64,000 nucleotides of DNA from assembly GCF_038025025.1 (NCBI RefSeq), contig NW_027117340.1, positions 744,001 through 808,000 of the forward strand, written 5' to 3'. The position numbers were made by a program, and so were the translations under genes. This DNA comes from Phyllosticta citribraziliensis. Taxonomy: Eukaryota. This document shows, one piece after another, positions 28,510 through 40,510 of the stretch; position 1 is the stretch's first letter; each line of letters opens with the position of its first letter. The notes beneath the pieces were generated by a model. It was not told where the DNA came from. It searched no databases and was given only the letters and a program-made list of their open reading frames with translations.

Positions 28510-31440
28510 TTAATTACTAGTATCTCTATCTTTATCTATATTAAACTAGTCCTTACTACCTATTATATTATTATCTTAAGGTAGGGCTAATAACTAGATA
28601 AGGAGGTTTTTCTATATATTAATACTATAACTACTTTTACCTTCTCCTAGTATAGGTATATAATATATAGTAATACCTATATCTATATAGAAATTAGGGT
28701 AAAGGTATCCTAAGGGAATATAGCCTATAAACTAATTAGTAAACCTAATATTAGTATCTAGGAATTATTACTCTAGGCTATCTATATCCTATAATATATA
28801 TAATATAAGTAGTTATAGGGTAAGTAGTCTAGTAACCTATATATATTCTAGAGGGTCCTTCCTAATATATTAGATTAAGTAGTTTAATCCTATATAAAAA
28901 GTAAGGTTATTAACTAATATAGAAGTAATAAACTTATTAGAGATAATTCCTCTAATAATAAGGTATATAGCTTAGTAAGGGTCTATTATAAGGAGTATAG
29001 CTATTAGGTCTATATATTAATAAAGAGAGCCTACTTTACCTAAATTAAGGTATTAATATACTATATAGCTTATTAAGTACTCTAGGGAAGTAGCTATACT
29101 TAGACTAGTAATATTATCTTAATTAGTAGGACTATCCTTAGGGATTAAGAGGTCTTTTATACTAATATTAGATCTAATATACTTATTATTATTATTAGGT
29201 TTACCTAAAAGTAGCTTATCCTAAGTTATAAGTAGGGTATTATTAGTATCTACTATAAATATAGTATAGTTAGGGTAGTCTAGGTAAACCTATAGAGTAA
29301 GCTTATCTAGGCCTTTAGGTTTTATATCCTATAATATTATATCCTTATTAAAAGGGGATATACCTTAAAGTATTTTTATAAGCTCTACCTTATTATTATT
29401 AATAGGACTATTATATTAGTACTAACCTACTCCTACTCTAGGAGTATAGAACCTGGTACCTATAGACTACTTATTCCTATTTTTTATAAGGGTAGTAGTA
29501 AATATATAGAGCTCTACTAGTAGTATATTACCTCTTATTATATAGTCTATTATAAGAGTATAATAGCCTACTCTATCCTATATTTCTTACTTATAAAGGT
29601 ACTACTTTATACCCTTAGGGACTAGGATATCTTTATATATAGAGAAAAGTAGTCTATTATAACTATAAATAGTAAGGCCTCCTATTACCTAAGGGTATAT
29701 CTTATTAATATTAGGGTTACTAGGCTTCTTTCTACTAATATACTTATTATAGCCTTCCCTACTAATAAGTCTATACTATTCTATAAGTATTATATACTAG
29801 ATCTTACTATTCTTATCTTAGTAGTATAAGGCCTATCTATTAGGGTAATAATATAGGTTTAGTCCTCTATCTTTATAATAAAATAACTAGAGTTAGTAGA
29901 GGTTATAAAACTTAAGATCTATTATTACTTAATAAGCTAAGTAGTAGAGGGTACCTATTATTATAGAGGATAGGCTTATACTAGGTAGGGGAAGGTATTA
30001 ATCTTTAATAAATATATCTAAAATATAGTTAATAATAGAAAAGTTACTAGTATCTATAAGGAATATAGTATCCTAGTCCTATTTATACTCTATAAAAGTC
30101 TTAGGGTTATAGAATAGATAGTATATATTTTCCTTTAAGAATAACTAGTCTCCTATTTTACTTTAGGGACTAACTACTACTAGTTTATCTAGTATAATAT
30201 TAGGTATACCCCTTAGTTTCTTTAATTATATAGTAATATTTAGTATACTAGTAGTCTTCCCTATTTTCTTTATCTTTTATAGTATAGCTAATCCTTTAAG
30301 GTCTACCCTTTCTTTTCTCTATCTTAGTATTAGGGTATCTAGGAATTCCTTTCCTAAATCTATATTATTATTAGGAATTTAGGGTATATATTAAATTATA
30401 GTTATAATAATTTTATTAGTATTATAGGAAGTATTAATAAGTTAATAGGTTTACTTTCTAATAGCTAAATTCTAGGCCTATAGATCTATATTAGTAATAT
30501 CTACTATTTTATAACTTACCTTAACCTATAGAGTTACTCTAATTATACTAAAATTAGGAGGTATCTATATTAGGTAAGAAGCTAGTATTCCTATACTAAG
30601 AAGGCTTATAGCTAGGTTAGGGATAAGACTAGATTAAAGTATAATTTCTAATAAGAAGATAGGTATCTACTATCTCTTATCCTTAATATCCTCCTCTAAT
30701 TCTTTAGTAGTAAAGTACTTATACTTATTACTATAATTAGTATTATACTCCCTTATATATATTTCTAGTATACTACTATCTTTATTATCTTAGTAGAAGC
30801 TATAGGTCTAGTATCCTAAGCCTCTAGCCCCTAATATACTATATCCCTATATAGTTATAGAGGTAGAAGGTAGTATATTTATTATTAGTATATCTACTAT
30901 CTATATTATAGTACTAATATATAAAATAGTCTTAAAGGGGTCTACTATCTCTTTATTATTAGTAACTTAGTTTAGTATATCCTATTATAAATACTTACTA
31001 ATATTAGGAGAGAAGTAGTTATTCTATACTTCTAGTTTAGAAATAATATTATTTTACTTAAGAGTAGGTATACTATTACTAGTAGTAGAGGTATTATTTA
31101 GTATTATATCTACTAGGGGAACTATACCTATATTAGGTACTATATTATAGTTATTATATAAAAGGTTTTACTATTCTTATAGGTTAGTAATATTTATTAG
31201 GGTAGTACTAGTAAGTCTATTCCTATTATAGTTTAAAGACTAACTATATTAGTCTCTTAGATAGTTTATATATTTATATTATAGATAAGGTTATATAGTA
31301 AGGTTAGTATAGGGTTATAAGTTAATATCCTATAGGGCCTAGTATTAATTAGGTATATATACTATAGCTAGTATTAGTTACCCTATTAATATATAGCCCT
31401 CTTCTTACTTAGTAATACTTATATATATAAAATATTTTTA
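28510..31440 (-). pseudogene. Third ORF of B (about 900-980 codons, unknown function)
   Basis: One minus frame is coding-like for ~2.9 kb (KYFTTKELEEDIKDKR, DLGKEFLDTL, REGYNKYISRKKP). Its stops are TAA/TAG, compatible with RIP. Confidence 0.7.
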
Positions 31441-31544
31441 ATAGTAATATCCTTATAGGCCTCCTTTTATTAGGAGGTACTTAGGTATACTATATTAGCT
31501 CCCTCTATAAGGTAGGTACTAATTTAGTACTCTTTTCTAGTAGT

Positions 31545-34500
31545 TTAGGGTTTCTTCTCCTTATTCTTTATACCTAGTAGATAACCTTATTACTTTAATA
31601 TTATAGGGATAGCTATTTCTAGTAGTATATATAGTAGTTTATTATATAATAGCTTATTCTATAGTAGTTTATTATATACCTTAGTAGGTAGTAGCTTATC
31701 TATATTATTATTTTCCTTTAGGTCTCTAGGTATAATAGTAGTATATTAAGGTAGTCCTAGTTTCTATTAGGGCCTATACTAGTCTAGCTTTACTATTATC
31801 TCTTTATTTAACCTTATATTATATTCTCTAATAAGATCTATTACTCCCTTTAAATTATCTAAGTTATATTATACTTAATACTATAGCCCCTAGCCTTTCT
31901 AATTAATTAAATATTATAGTTTCCTAGTCCTATAATATTTATACCTATCTACTAAGTATAAGATTTTATACTTAGGTACTAGCTTATTAGTATTAATAAT
32001 AGGTCCTAGCTCTAATATAGTATTATACTTAAAAGGGTTAGGACCCTCCTTTTCCTTTTCTAATTAGGAGATATTAATAACTAGATAAATCCTTAAGCTA
32101 CTAGGGATAGCTAGTTTATAGGCTTATATACTAATTACTTATATTACTTTATAAGGTCTAGTATATATATTCTAAAGTTTCTATAGTAGATTACTATATA
32201 TCTTATATTTATAGTATAACTATAGATATACCTTATCCCCTAGTTTAAACTAGACTAGATAGTACTTATTATTATATTACTCCTTTTATACTACTACTAT
32301 AAAAGTAAGGGCTTCTTAAGCTTTAATATAGTAGTTTAAATAGAGGGTTTTTAAGTCTATATCTTTAATAGATTCTATCTAGTTATACCTATTATCTTAT
32401 AGGTTAAATCTATATAAGATTTTATAGGGGGTATATCCTATTAAGGTATTTTAAGAAGAATTTATAGTCCCTTAAATATAAGGGAGAGTATTTATCTAAC
32501 TCTAATTAGGGTTAGCTATAATAAAGAACTATAGAGTAATTTCTATTATCTAGTTAATATACTTACTTTATCTATCTATCTAGGAATAGTAAGTAGTAGT
32601 AGTATTTAGGTTAATTTTTATTATTTTAAAAATACTACTTATAAATTACCCTAACTAATAGGAGTCCTAGTCTATAATTATAATAGAAGGTAGACCCTAT
32701 CTATATCTATAGAGTTCTTTAAACTATAAACCTCTCTAATTACCTATAGTCTAGGTCTCTTAACTAGGGATTAGTAAGATTACTTTAGAAAATTTATAAA
32801 TTATAATTAAAAGTATATTAAAATCCCCTTTACTATATATAGGTAGCTTAGTAATAAAATTAATATATATAATAAAGAAGGGGACCTTTACTACTATAAT
32901 AGGGACTATTAACCTATTAGGTTTATATTAAGGTATTTAGTTAATATAATAGTTAGGATAGTAATTAATATATACCTATACCTACTAGTATAGGTACCTT
33001 ATATAGTAGTAAGTATAAATATAATCTATATATTAGTCTATACCTTAATAGAAATACTAATTATATACTTATTTAAATACTACTTACTTATAGCTTTAGG
33101 GAATATATAGCTATTCTTACTAGTCTCTTAAGTAGTCTATAAAGTAGATTAGCCCTTTCTATAGAAAGAAGTATAGACTAGGAACTAGTCCTTTATAGGG
33201 GTCCTTATTTTCTTCTATATTATTAAGGGGAATAGGCTCTACTACTATAATAGGGGCCAGTATTACTATAGGTATAGGGTTTATATTAGTAGGTTACTCT
33301 ATAGTTATTATAGGGTTTACTAGCCTATAGTTATATTCCTACTACTACTTAAGGGCCTACTCTAAAATATAGAGTACCTTCACCTATTATATATTAGTAC
33401 TATATACTATATAGAGCTCTTACTTAAATCTATTAAAGAGTTCTACTAATACTATATAGAAGTAAGTAGTAGTATTACTACCTTTTAAGGTATACTAAAC
33501 TAGGTCCTTATTATTAGGGAATTCTATACTATTAAGGGTATTATCTATATCTATAATTACCTTAGATAATAATTAGCTTAGTATATTAGGGATAATATAG
33601 TTCCTCCCTAGCTAGTACTATACCTTTAATAGATACTAGCTTAGATATTAGCTTATATATATTAGATATAGGTTTAGTTACTCTATAAATTAGGAGTTTC
33701 TAAAGTATAGCTAGTATATAATAGTAGTAACTACTAAATAGTTAGTAAATACCTAAGTATCCTTAAAGGCCTATATAAGTATTTATAATTTCTTAATTAT
33801 CTAAATAACTCCTATTATCTTAAGCTTAGTAGTCTAGTACCTTATCTTAGCTCCTAAAAGATACTAGAATAGAAAGGCTATTAATTTAATAGACTACTTT
33901 AAGAAGTCCTTAGCCTTCTTAAGCTAATTTATAGTAGGGTTTTTACCCTCTATATTCTCTATATTTATAGTAGGAGTCTAGTCTTCTATAACTAATTTAA
34001 GATTACCTTTTATATAGTAGGCTATTATACTAAAACCTAACTCTTTACTAGTATCTATATTAATAAAAAGGGGCCTCTTAGGTATATAGTAAAAATACTA
34101 TTATATTTTATAAAGGGTTATTTATATAGCCTTAAATAATACTACTAATACTAGGGAGTCTAGTAGTACCTATACTACTATATATTAGTAGTATACTTAT
34201 TTATCTTTAGGAGTACTTTATAATAGTATAGTTTTTATAGCTTCTAGTAGTTCTACTAGTTATATATAGTAGGGATAGTTATCCTATAGCTAGCTAATAA
34301 GCCCTATAAAGGTTTCTAGTTCTTAGAGGGTCCTTAGGAATTTAAGGTCTTTTAGAGCTTAGATCTTAGCTTCTAATATTATAATACTAAACCTAGATAC
34401 CTACTATTCTAATAGTATAATAGATAGGTATCCTAACTAAGACTTCTTAATACTTAGGCTTATATTTATACTATTAAAGATAGTAAATACCTTTTTAAGG

Positions 34501-37500
34501 TAATCTAGGTATTCTTTTAATATTTTAGAGAAAATAGTAATATTATTAATATATATTTATATAAAAGTATAGTAGTTCTAAAGAAGAGTATTATACTACT
34601 ATTATATATATTATATAGAGTTATAGTATCCTATTAGGGCTATATTTAACTATTTAGTACCCTAGTAAGTAAGTATAATTAGCTTATATTAGTTATTAGG
34701 ATAGATCTACTACTAATAGAAGAAAGAGATAGTATCTACTACTAAGATATAGAGGTAATCCTAGATATTAGAGATAATATTAATAGCTAGGGGGAGTAGC
34801 TATAAGTCCTTTTTACTAATAGTATTAAAGGCTTATATATTTATAACTACTTATCCTTTCTACTCTAGGGTCCTATTCTCTTTAGGGACTAGCTTCTATA
34901 CTATAAATATAAAGAAGTTAAGATAAGTATCTCTATATACCTATTCTACTTTTCCTTATTTATATATAGGGTTAAGTATAGTATCTTAGAATTTATAGTC
35001 CCTTTAGGATATAGGGTATAGTCTTTAGTATTTAAAATATTTATACTAGCCTAGAACTAATAGTATCCTTATCTAATCCTTTTTAGGAACCTTAATAAAT
35101 CCCTTTTAATTATAGAAAAGATCTTAAAACTAATCTACTAGTTTCTAGTATAGTAACTAAACCTTAGGGGTCCTAAATATAGTAATACTATTATTAAGCT
35201 TAGCCTCCTCTATAATAGGTATAGTAGGATTTAAACTAGCTAGGCTATATTCTATATCTATAAAGTAGTATATCCTATTAAATTCTATAGTAATAATACT
35301 ACCTAGCTATATATTCTAGGAGATTATAAGAGACTAATCTAAGTTATTTCTAGTAATAATCTAGTTTATATCTATACTAGTAACTATAGTATAAAGAGTA
35401 CCCCCCTTTTATAGGAAGGGTATAGGATATATAGTTTTATTAGGATAGAACTTATATACTTAGTAAGGGAGGTCTAGTCCTAGGATTTTAATAAGTAGTT
35501 TTATCTAGGACTATAGGGGTATTATTATATTCTTTATAGTATATATATATTAGTAGATAGGAGTTAAAAATAGCTTAGTTATTATACTAGTATTTAGTCC
35601 CTTAGGCCCTATATATAGCTATACTACTTAGTTCTAACTAATATTAATAATTACCCCTTTAGGATATAGGAGGTTATTTCCTATAAATAAAGGGATATTT
35701 AACTTATTAGTTATCTAAGTATAGTAGGGAAGAAAGCTAAGAGCCTATCCTACCTTAGTTTATCTAGATAAATAAAGGGGAAGTATTATATAATTAGTAT
35801 ATTCTATCTTATATCCTACTTTAGTAATAATTATAGGTTTCTTAAATATTATTATCTTAATATTAGGGAGCTTTTCCTTTAAAAATATTCTATTTACTAT
35901 TAAGGATAAGGTACCTATATTAAGATACCTAATATCTATTATTCCTATAGGGGTTAGCCTAAAACTAATCTCTATTAATTAATATTTAGAAAATAGAGGT
36001 AGATTATCCCCTATACTAAGTCCTATAAAGGTTATAGATAACTCTAAGATTAGTACCTTTAATTCTATATTAACTATGGCCTTATCCTTTATCTTCCTAT
36101 ATTTACTATTAACTATATTAAACCCTAATATAGTAAGGTAGACTATTTAGTAATAGTATCCCTAACTAAGTATAGGAGTACCTTACCTATAGTACTATAT
36201 TACCTATACTATAAGGCTAAGAGGAAAGATTAATACCTACTAAAGAGCTATAACTATTAGAGTAAAGATATACTAAGAGGGGATAATATATTACTTAATT
36301 CTATTATTCTAATAGCTTTTAGGTACTAGTTACCTACTAACTAGATAGTACTCTATTTAGGTCCTAAATTCTTAAGTAGCCTAATACTTACTTAATTTAA
36401 ACTATATTTAAAACTATTATCCCTTAGGTACTAGTATAACTTATATTTAGAAGGGAAGCTTATTTAGTAGCTATTATATACTTTTTAGGGATTAAGTACT
36501 ATTATATTATTACTAGGAGTATAGTTAAAAGTATTATCCTAGATAAGTATATATCTATACTAGGAGTAGTAATTAGCTCCTATTATAATTATAGGCTTAC
36601 TATTATTTAACTATAATTTCTCCTTATTAATTATAGGGGTCTCTATACTAGTATCCTTATTACTTTTAGTATCTTTACTTTCCTTATTAGTATCCTTATA
36701 CTTACTTTTAGAGCTATCCTAGGTATAGTATTATATATATATAGTAGGTTTATAATTATAGTTATAGTTATAGTTATAGTTATAATAATCCTTAGGCTTT
36801 AAATAGGACCTAGAACTAGACCCTTTTAGGTTAGGAGTAGGGAGTATACCCTACTTAGGATAGGTTACCTATTTTATATTACTTAGTCTCCTAGTACTTA
36901 TATTATACTAGGATACTAAGTATATTCTATTAGATTAGTTAAAAGGCTAGCTAGTAGTCTATATTAAAGTATATCCCTAATTCTAGCCCTTAGGGAAGAA
37001 TACCTTACTAGTAGTAGTTATATTAAAATATTAGGATAGGTATTCCTAAGTCTACTAGTAACTCTTAATATTCTTAATAAATACTTAAATTATAGTATTT
37101 ACTATAGGTTTAGGGATCTACTACTAGAAGTAAGGGTTAATATATATATAGGTATTAGCTAATTAATTATATATAGTAAGGAAACTAGTAGCTTATCCTA
37201 GATATATATAGGTAATAATAAAGTCCCTTATACTTTTAGTATAGACCTCTAGGAGCCTAAAGTATACTCTATTTAGTACTTTAATAACTTTATATTATAT
37301 TATACTAAAGTCTTTATATAGTAGTAAAGTCTAATTATTAATACTATATCTAATATATATAAAAGCTTAGTCTTCCTCTATAAGTTAGGAGGTATACTAT
37401 ATATTTAATAATCCTTTTAGGTACTTCTATAGGTTAGTATAGATTAGATCTACTCTATAGGTAGTATAAGCTATTAAGGTACTATTAATAAACTACTCTA

Positions 37501-38279
37501 TAGTATAGTATAAGACCTTCCCTTATTTAGTTATACTATCTCTATAGCTAATATCTTCTTCTAGTAGATTAGGGTTAAAGTAATTAATATTATCTAGATA
37601 GAAATACTAGGCTATCCTCCCTATATATAATTCTAAGGTTAAGGCCTAGTTATACTCCTTATTATCTCCTATACCTTATAGAGGAATAAATTAAAAGGTA
37701 GTAAACTATTTATCCTCTTTATCCCTATCTTTAAGAGAAGGGGAGCTTAATAGGGGTAGTTCCTCTATCTTATACTAGGTATACCTTTCCTAGTATTACT
37801 ATCCTTAATTTTTACTAGAGAAGTAGTTCCCTTCCTATAGCTATAGTAGTCTTAATAGTAGTCTACCTCTACCTTAAGGTATACTTATTTTAAGTATAGA
37901 TAGGTATATACTAAGCTTCTTAAGTTACTTATTAACCCCCTTATTTATTATAATAAGGTTTATTATCTATACTTTCTATTATTTAAAGAATATATCTTAA
38001 AGTATATCTAGCTTTACTTCTAAAGATTCTAGGGTTATAATAGGCTACTAGATCTCTTTAGTCTAGTCTATAGTATTATACTAGTTATATATATATAGGA
38101 GTATTATATTATATAGGGGTAGCTAGTTATAATATATATACTTTAGGGGAGGATTTTAGTTTCCTAGTAGCTATTAGTAGAAGAAAGGAAGACTACTATA
38201 TATATATTAGCTAGAGGTCTAAATAAAACCTAGGCCTATACTACTCTAGAAAATATTAGGTAGTTAACTAAAGGGTTAA
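31545..38279 (-). pseudogene. gag-pol relic of B
   Basis: Gag with a C2H2-like finger at 36425-36481, protease near 36050-35950, RT 34542-34553, RNase H PLFINIDTSK near 34050-34080, integrase 32100-33100, chromodomain L*YLIN*KG*G near 31890-31925. Confidence 0.88.
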
Positions 38280-38702
38280 TGTCATGACTTACAGATTTCT
38301 TATTACGCAGGTAAGGGCTAAAGGTAAACTACTAGAGAATGCGTATGTGTCTTAATTAAATCTAATAAGTTAAAAGAATAAAATATAAAAGATACTTACT
38401 ACCTATATATTTCCTAGTCCTTCCTTTATACCATTCTACCTCTTATCCTTTATATAAGGGTCCTTAGTCATTATTAGGTAAGTTATAAAGGTAAGGTATT
38501 AATGGGCTATTATATAGTATCTGCCTAGGGCTATAGTAGCTAGTACTAGCCTATAGTGGCTAGTGCTAGCCTATAGGTTTTAGCCTGAGCTATAGCAGGC
38601 TACTACCTAAGGTAAGGCTCGTGCTTCCTATAACTATATAATACCAGGTTTATCCATGCTGGCCCTAGTACTTATATAGGCATATATATGCCTATTATAA
38701 TA
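38280..38702 (-). repeat. 3' LTR of A2
   Basis: Reverse complement of 26549-26971. Confidence 0.95.
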
Positions 38703-38894
38703 TGCCCCCCCTAAAGAGAAGCTGAAATTATAGGAATTAGCAGCTATAGGCACTTATATAGGTATAGACTCATAATATATAATAGTAGTGATTTAGTAAT
38801 TTAAGCGTTCTGTATAGTTATAAAGTATAATTATTAGTCTAGGTCTATTATTATACTATCTCTTTCTATTACCATCTCTTTTACCGCGTGACCT

Positions 38895-40393
38895 ATAGAA
38901 GGTTACTATCTTACTTAGCTATATCTAAAGCTCCCTATTAAAGTATATTATTATCCTAGTCTAATTTAGCTATAATCTGGTAAACTAACTATTACGCGCG
39001 AAGGTTCTAATAATTTAAATAATTTATACCCTACTAATAGTAAAGTAGATATTCCTGGCTACTGTGCGCTTAATATATCTGCTGCTTATTATAGTCTGGT
39101 CTATTAGGACTTATTACTATTATATAAGAGTTATAGTATTAAGTTGTTATTATATAGTGTTATTTATAATCTGTTATAGTTGCCGCTTACTTAGAGAGCT
39201 GTTTTAGCTAGTAGTATCTATAAGGGCTATTATATAGAGTCCTAAGGTAAGTAAACTTTAATTCTATCTCTTTAGACTATTACTAATTATTATCTAGGCT
39301 GTTAAGTGGTATTATATATCTAGGTTTTACTACTTTATTATCCTGTCTTACTAACTAATATAATTGTAGAGGAGGACACTTATATAAATACTTAGTTAGG
39401 CTAGGCTTTACTTATTTAGCCAGGAACTACTATAGGCTTATTACTTTACCTATAGTGTGCTATAGTATTAGGTTCTGCTTAATTAGTATTATTAGTTATT
39501 ATATAAGGTTTATTATCTGCAGCTGTATAGCCTACTACTAACTAGCCTATTATACTATATTACTACTGGTTTACTGTCGCACAGCCTATTTCAGAGGAAG
39601 AAGGTAAAGAGCCTACTTATATATACTATTATTATAATCCTGTAGCTTATTAGGTTCTAGTAGCTAAGTACTTATTACCTACTACTTTATATAATAGTAG
39701 TAATAGTAAGATTCGCGTCATAGTGTTGCTAGTTAGCTCTAATAAGGTGCCTATTAAGTGGGACTTTAAGTTAATACTTTATATCCCTTATAAGAATATA
39801 GAGAGTGTCGCGCGAGTAAGTTTATCTTACTAATATAAGGGATTCTTATCTAACTAACTATGTAGGTGCGCCTTAGTAGTTCTAAAGTATAAGAGTATAC
39901 TAAATATATCTTGGCCTTAGGTAATAGTATACCTTACTTGTATATTATAGTTTCTACTTAGTAATTTAACTACTTATTAGTTAAAACTTAAGCTAGCTTA
40001 TATAATGCTTTTCTTATCTAGTACACTAGAATTAATAACCCTATTAGCTATACTAAGTATTGCGATAATACTAATACTTATATATTTATTAGTTATTACT
40101 ACCTACCTAGTTTCTTATAGGGCTGTTGTGCTAACTACCTTTAGGGTATAGGTAACTTAGACTGTACTATTAGTAACTTAAAGGGTGCTAAGCTGCCTGC
40201 TTATTATAAGAGGTATAAAGATAAAATTTATATAGAGGAGTTCTAGAACTTGTACTACTAAGCCAGGGTAGAGGATTAAACTAATTAGGCTTTAGCTAAG
40301 TAGGATATCCTACCTAATAAGCTAGAGGATCTAGAGGAGACTATCTTATATAATAATAGTTATAATAAGAAGAAGGGAAAAAGATAGAAGTAA
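38895..40393 (+). pseudogene. Antisense cargo gene of A2: 3 exons (about 38895-39246, 39370-39815, 39866-40393), about 440 aa, C-terminal DUF3716-like CANC domain
   Basis: Introns 39247-39369 and 39816-39865 have GTRAGT donor, CTAAC branch and YAG acceptor, and splicing keeps the frame. De-RIP reading RNAFLIQYTG...CxxC...RAF.SC.HLPGF..GCCANCL.G....C. The start is uncertain. Confidence 0.78.
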
Positions 40394-40510
40394 AGGGTAG
40401 AAAGTAAAGAAGAGGGAAGTAGGGGATAAGTAGTAAAAAGGAGAGACTAGAGAGTAGAAGTTAAGGTTAATAGTATTTATATAAGGGTAGATAGTAAACT
40501 AATTAGTCTA

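Noticed and set aside
30478..30519. GTAAGT...CTAAT...TAG 42-nt intron-like segment in ORF3 of B
   Set aside because: It is in frame, on the sense strand and seen in one copy only, and the frame does not need it. It cannot be told from chance.
36755..36790. (GTTATA)n hexamer repeat
   Set aside because: A RIPed dipeptide repeat inside B gag, not a separate feature.
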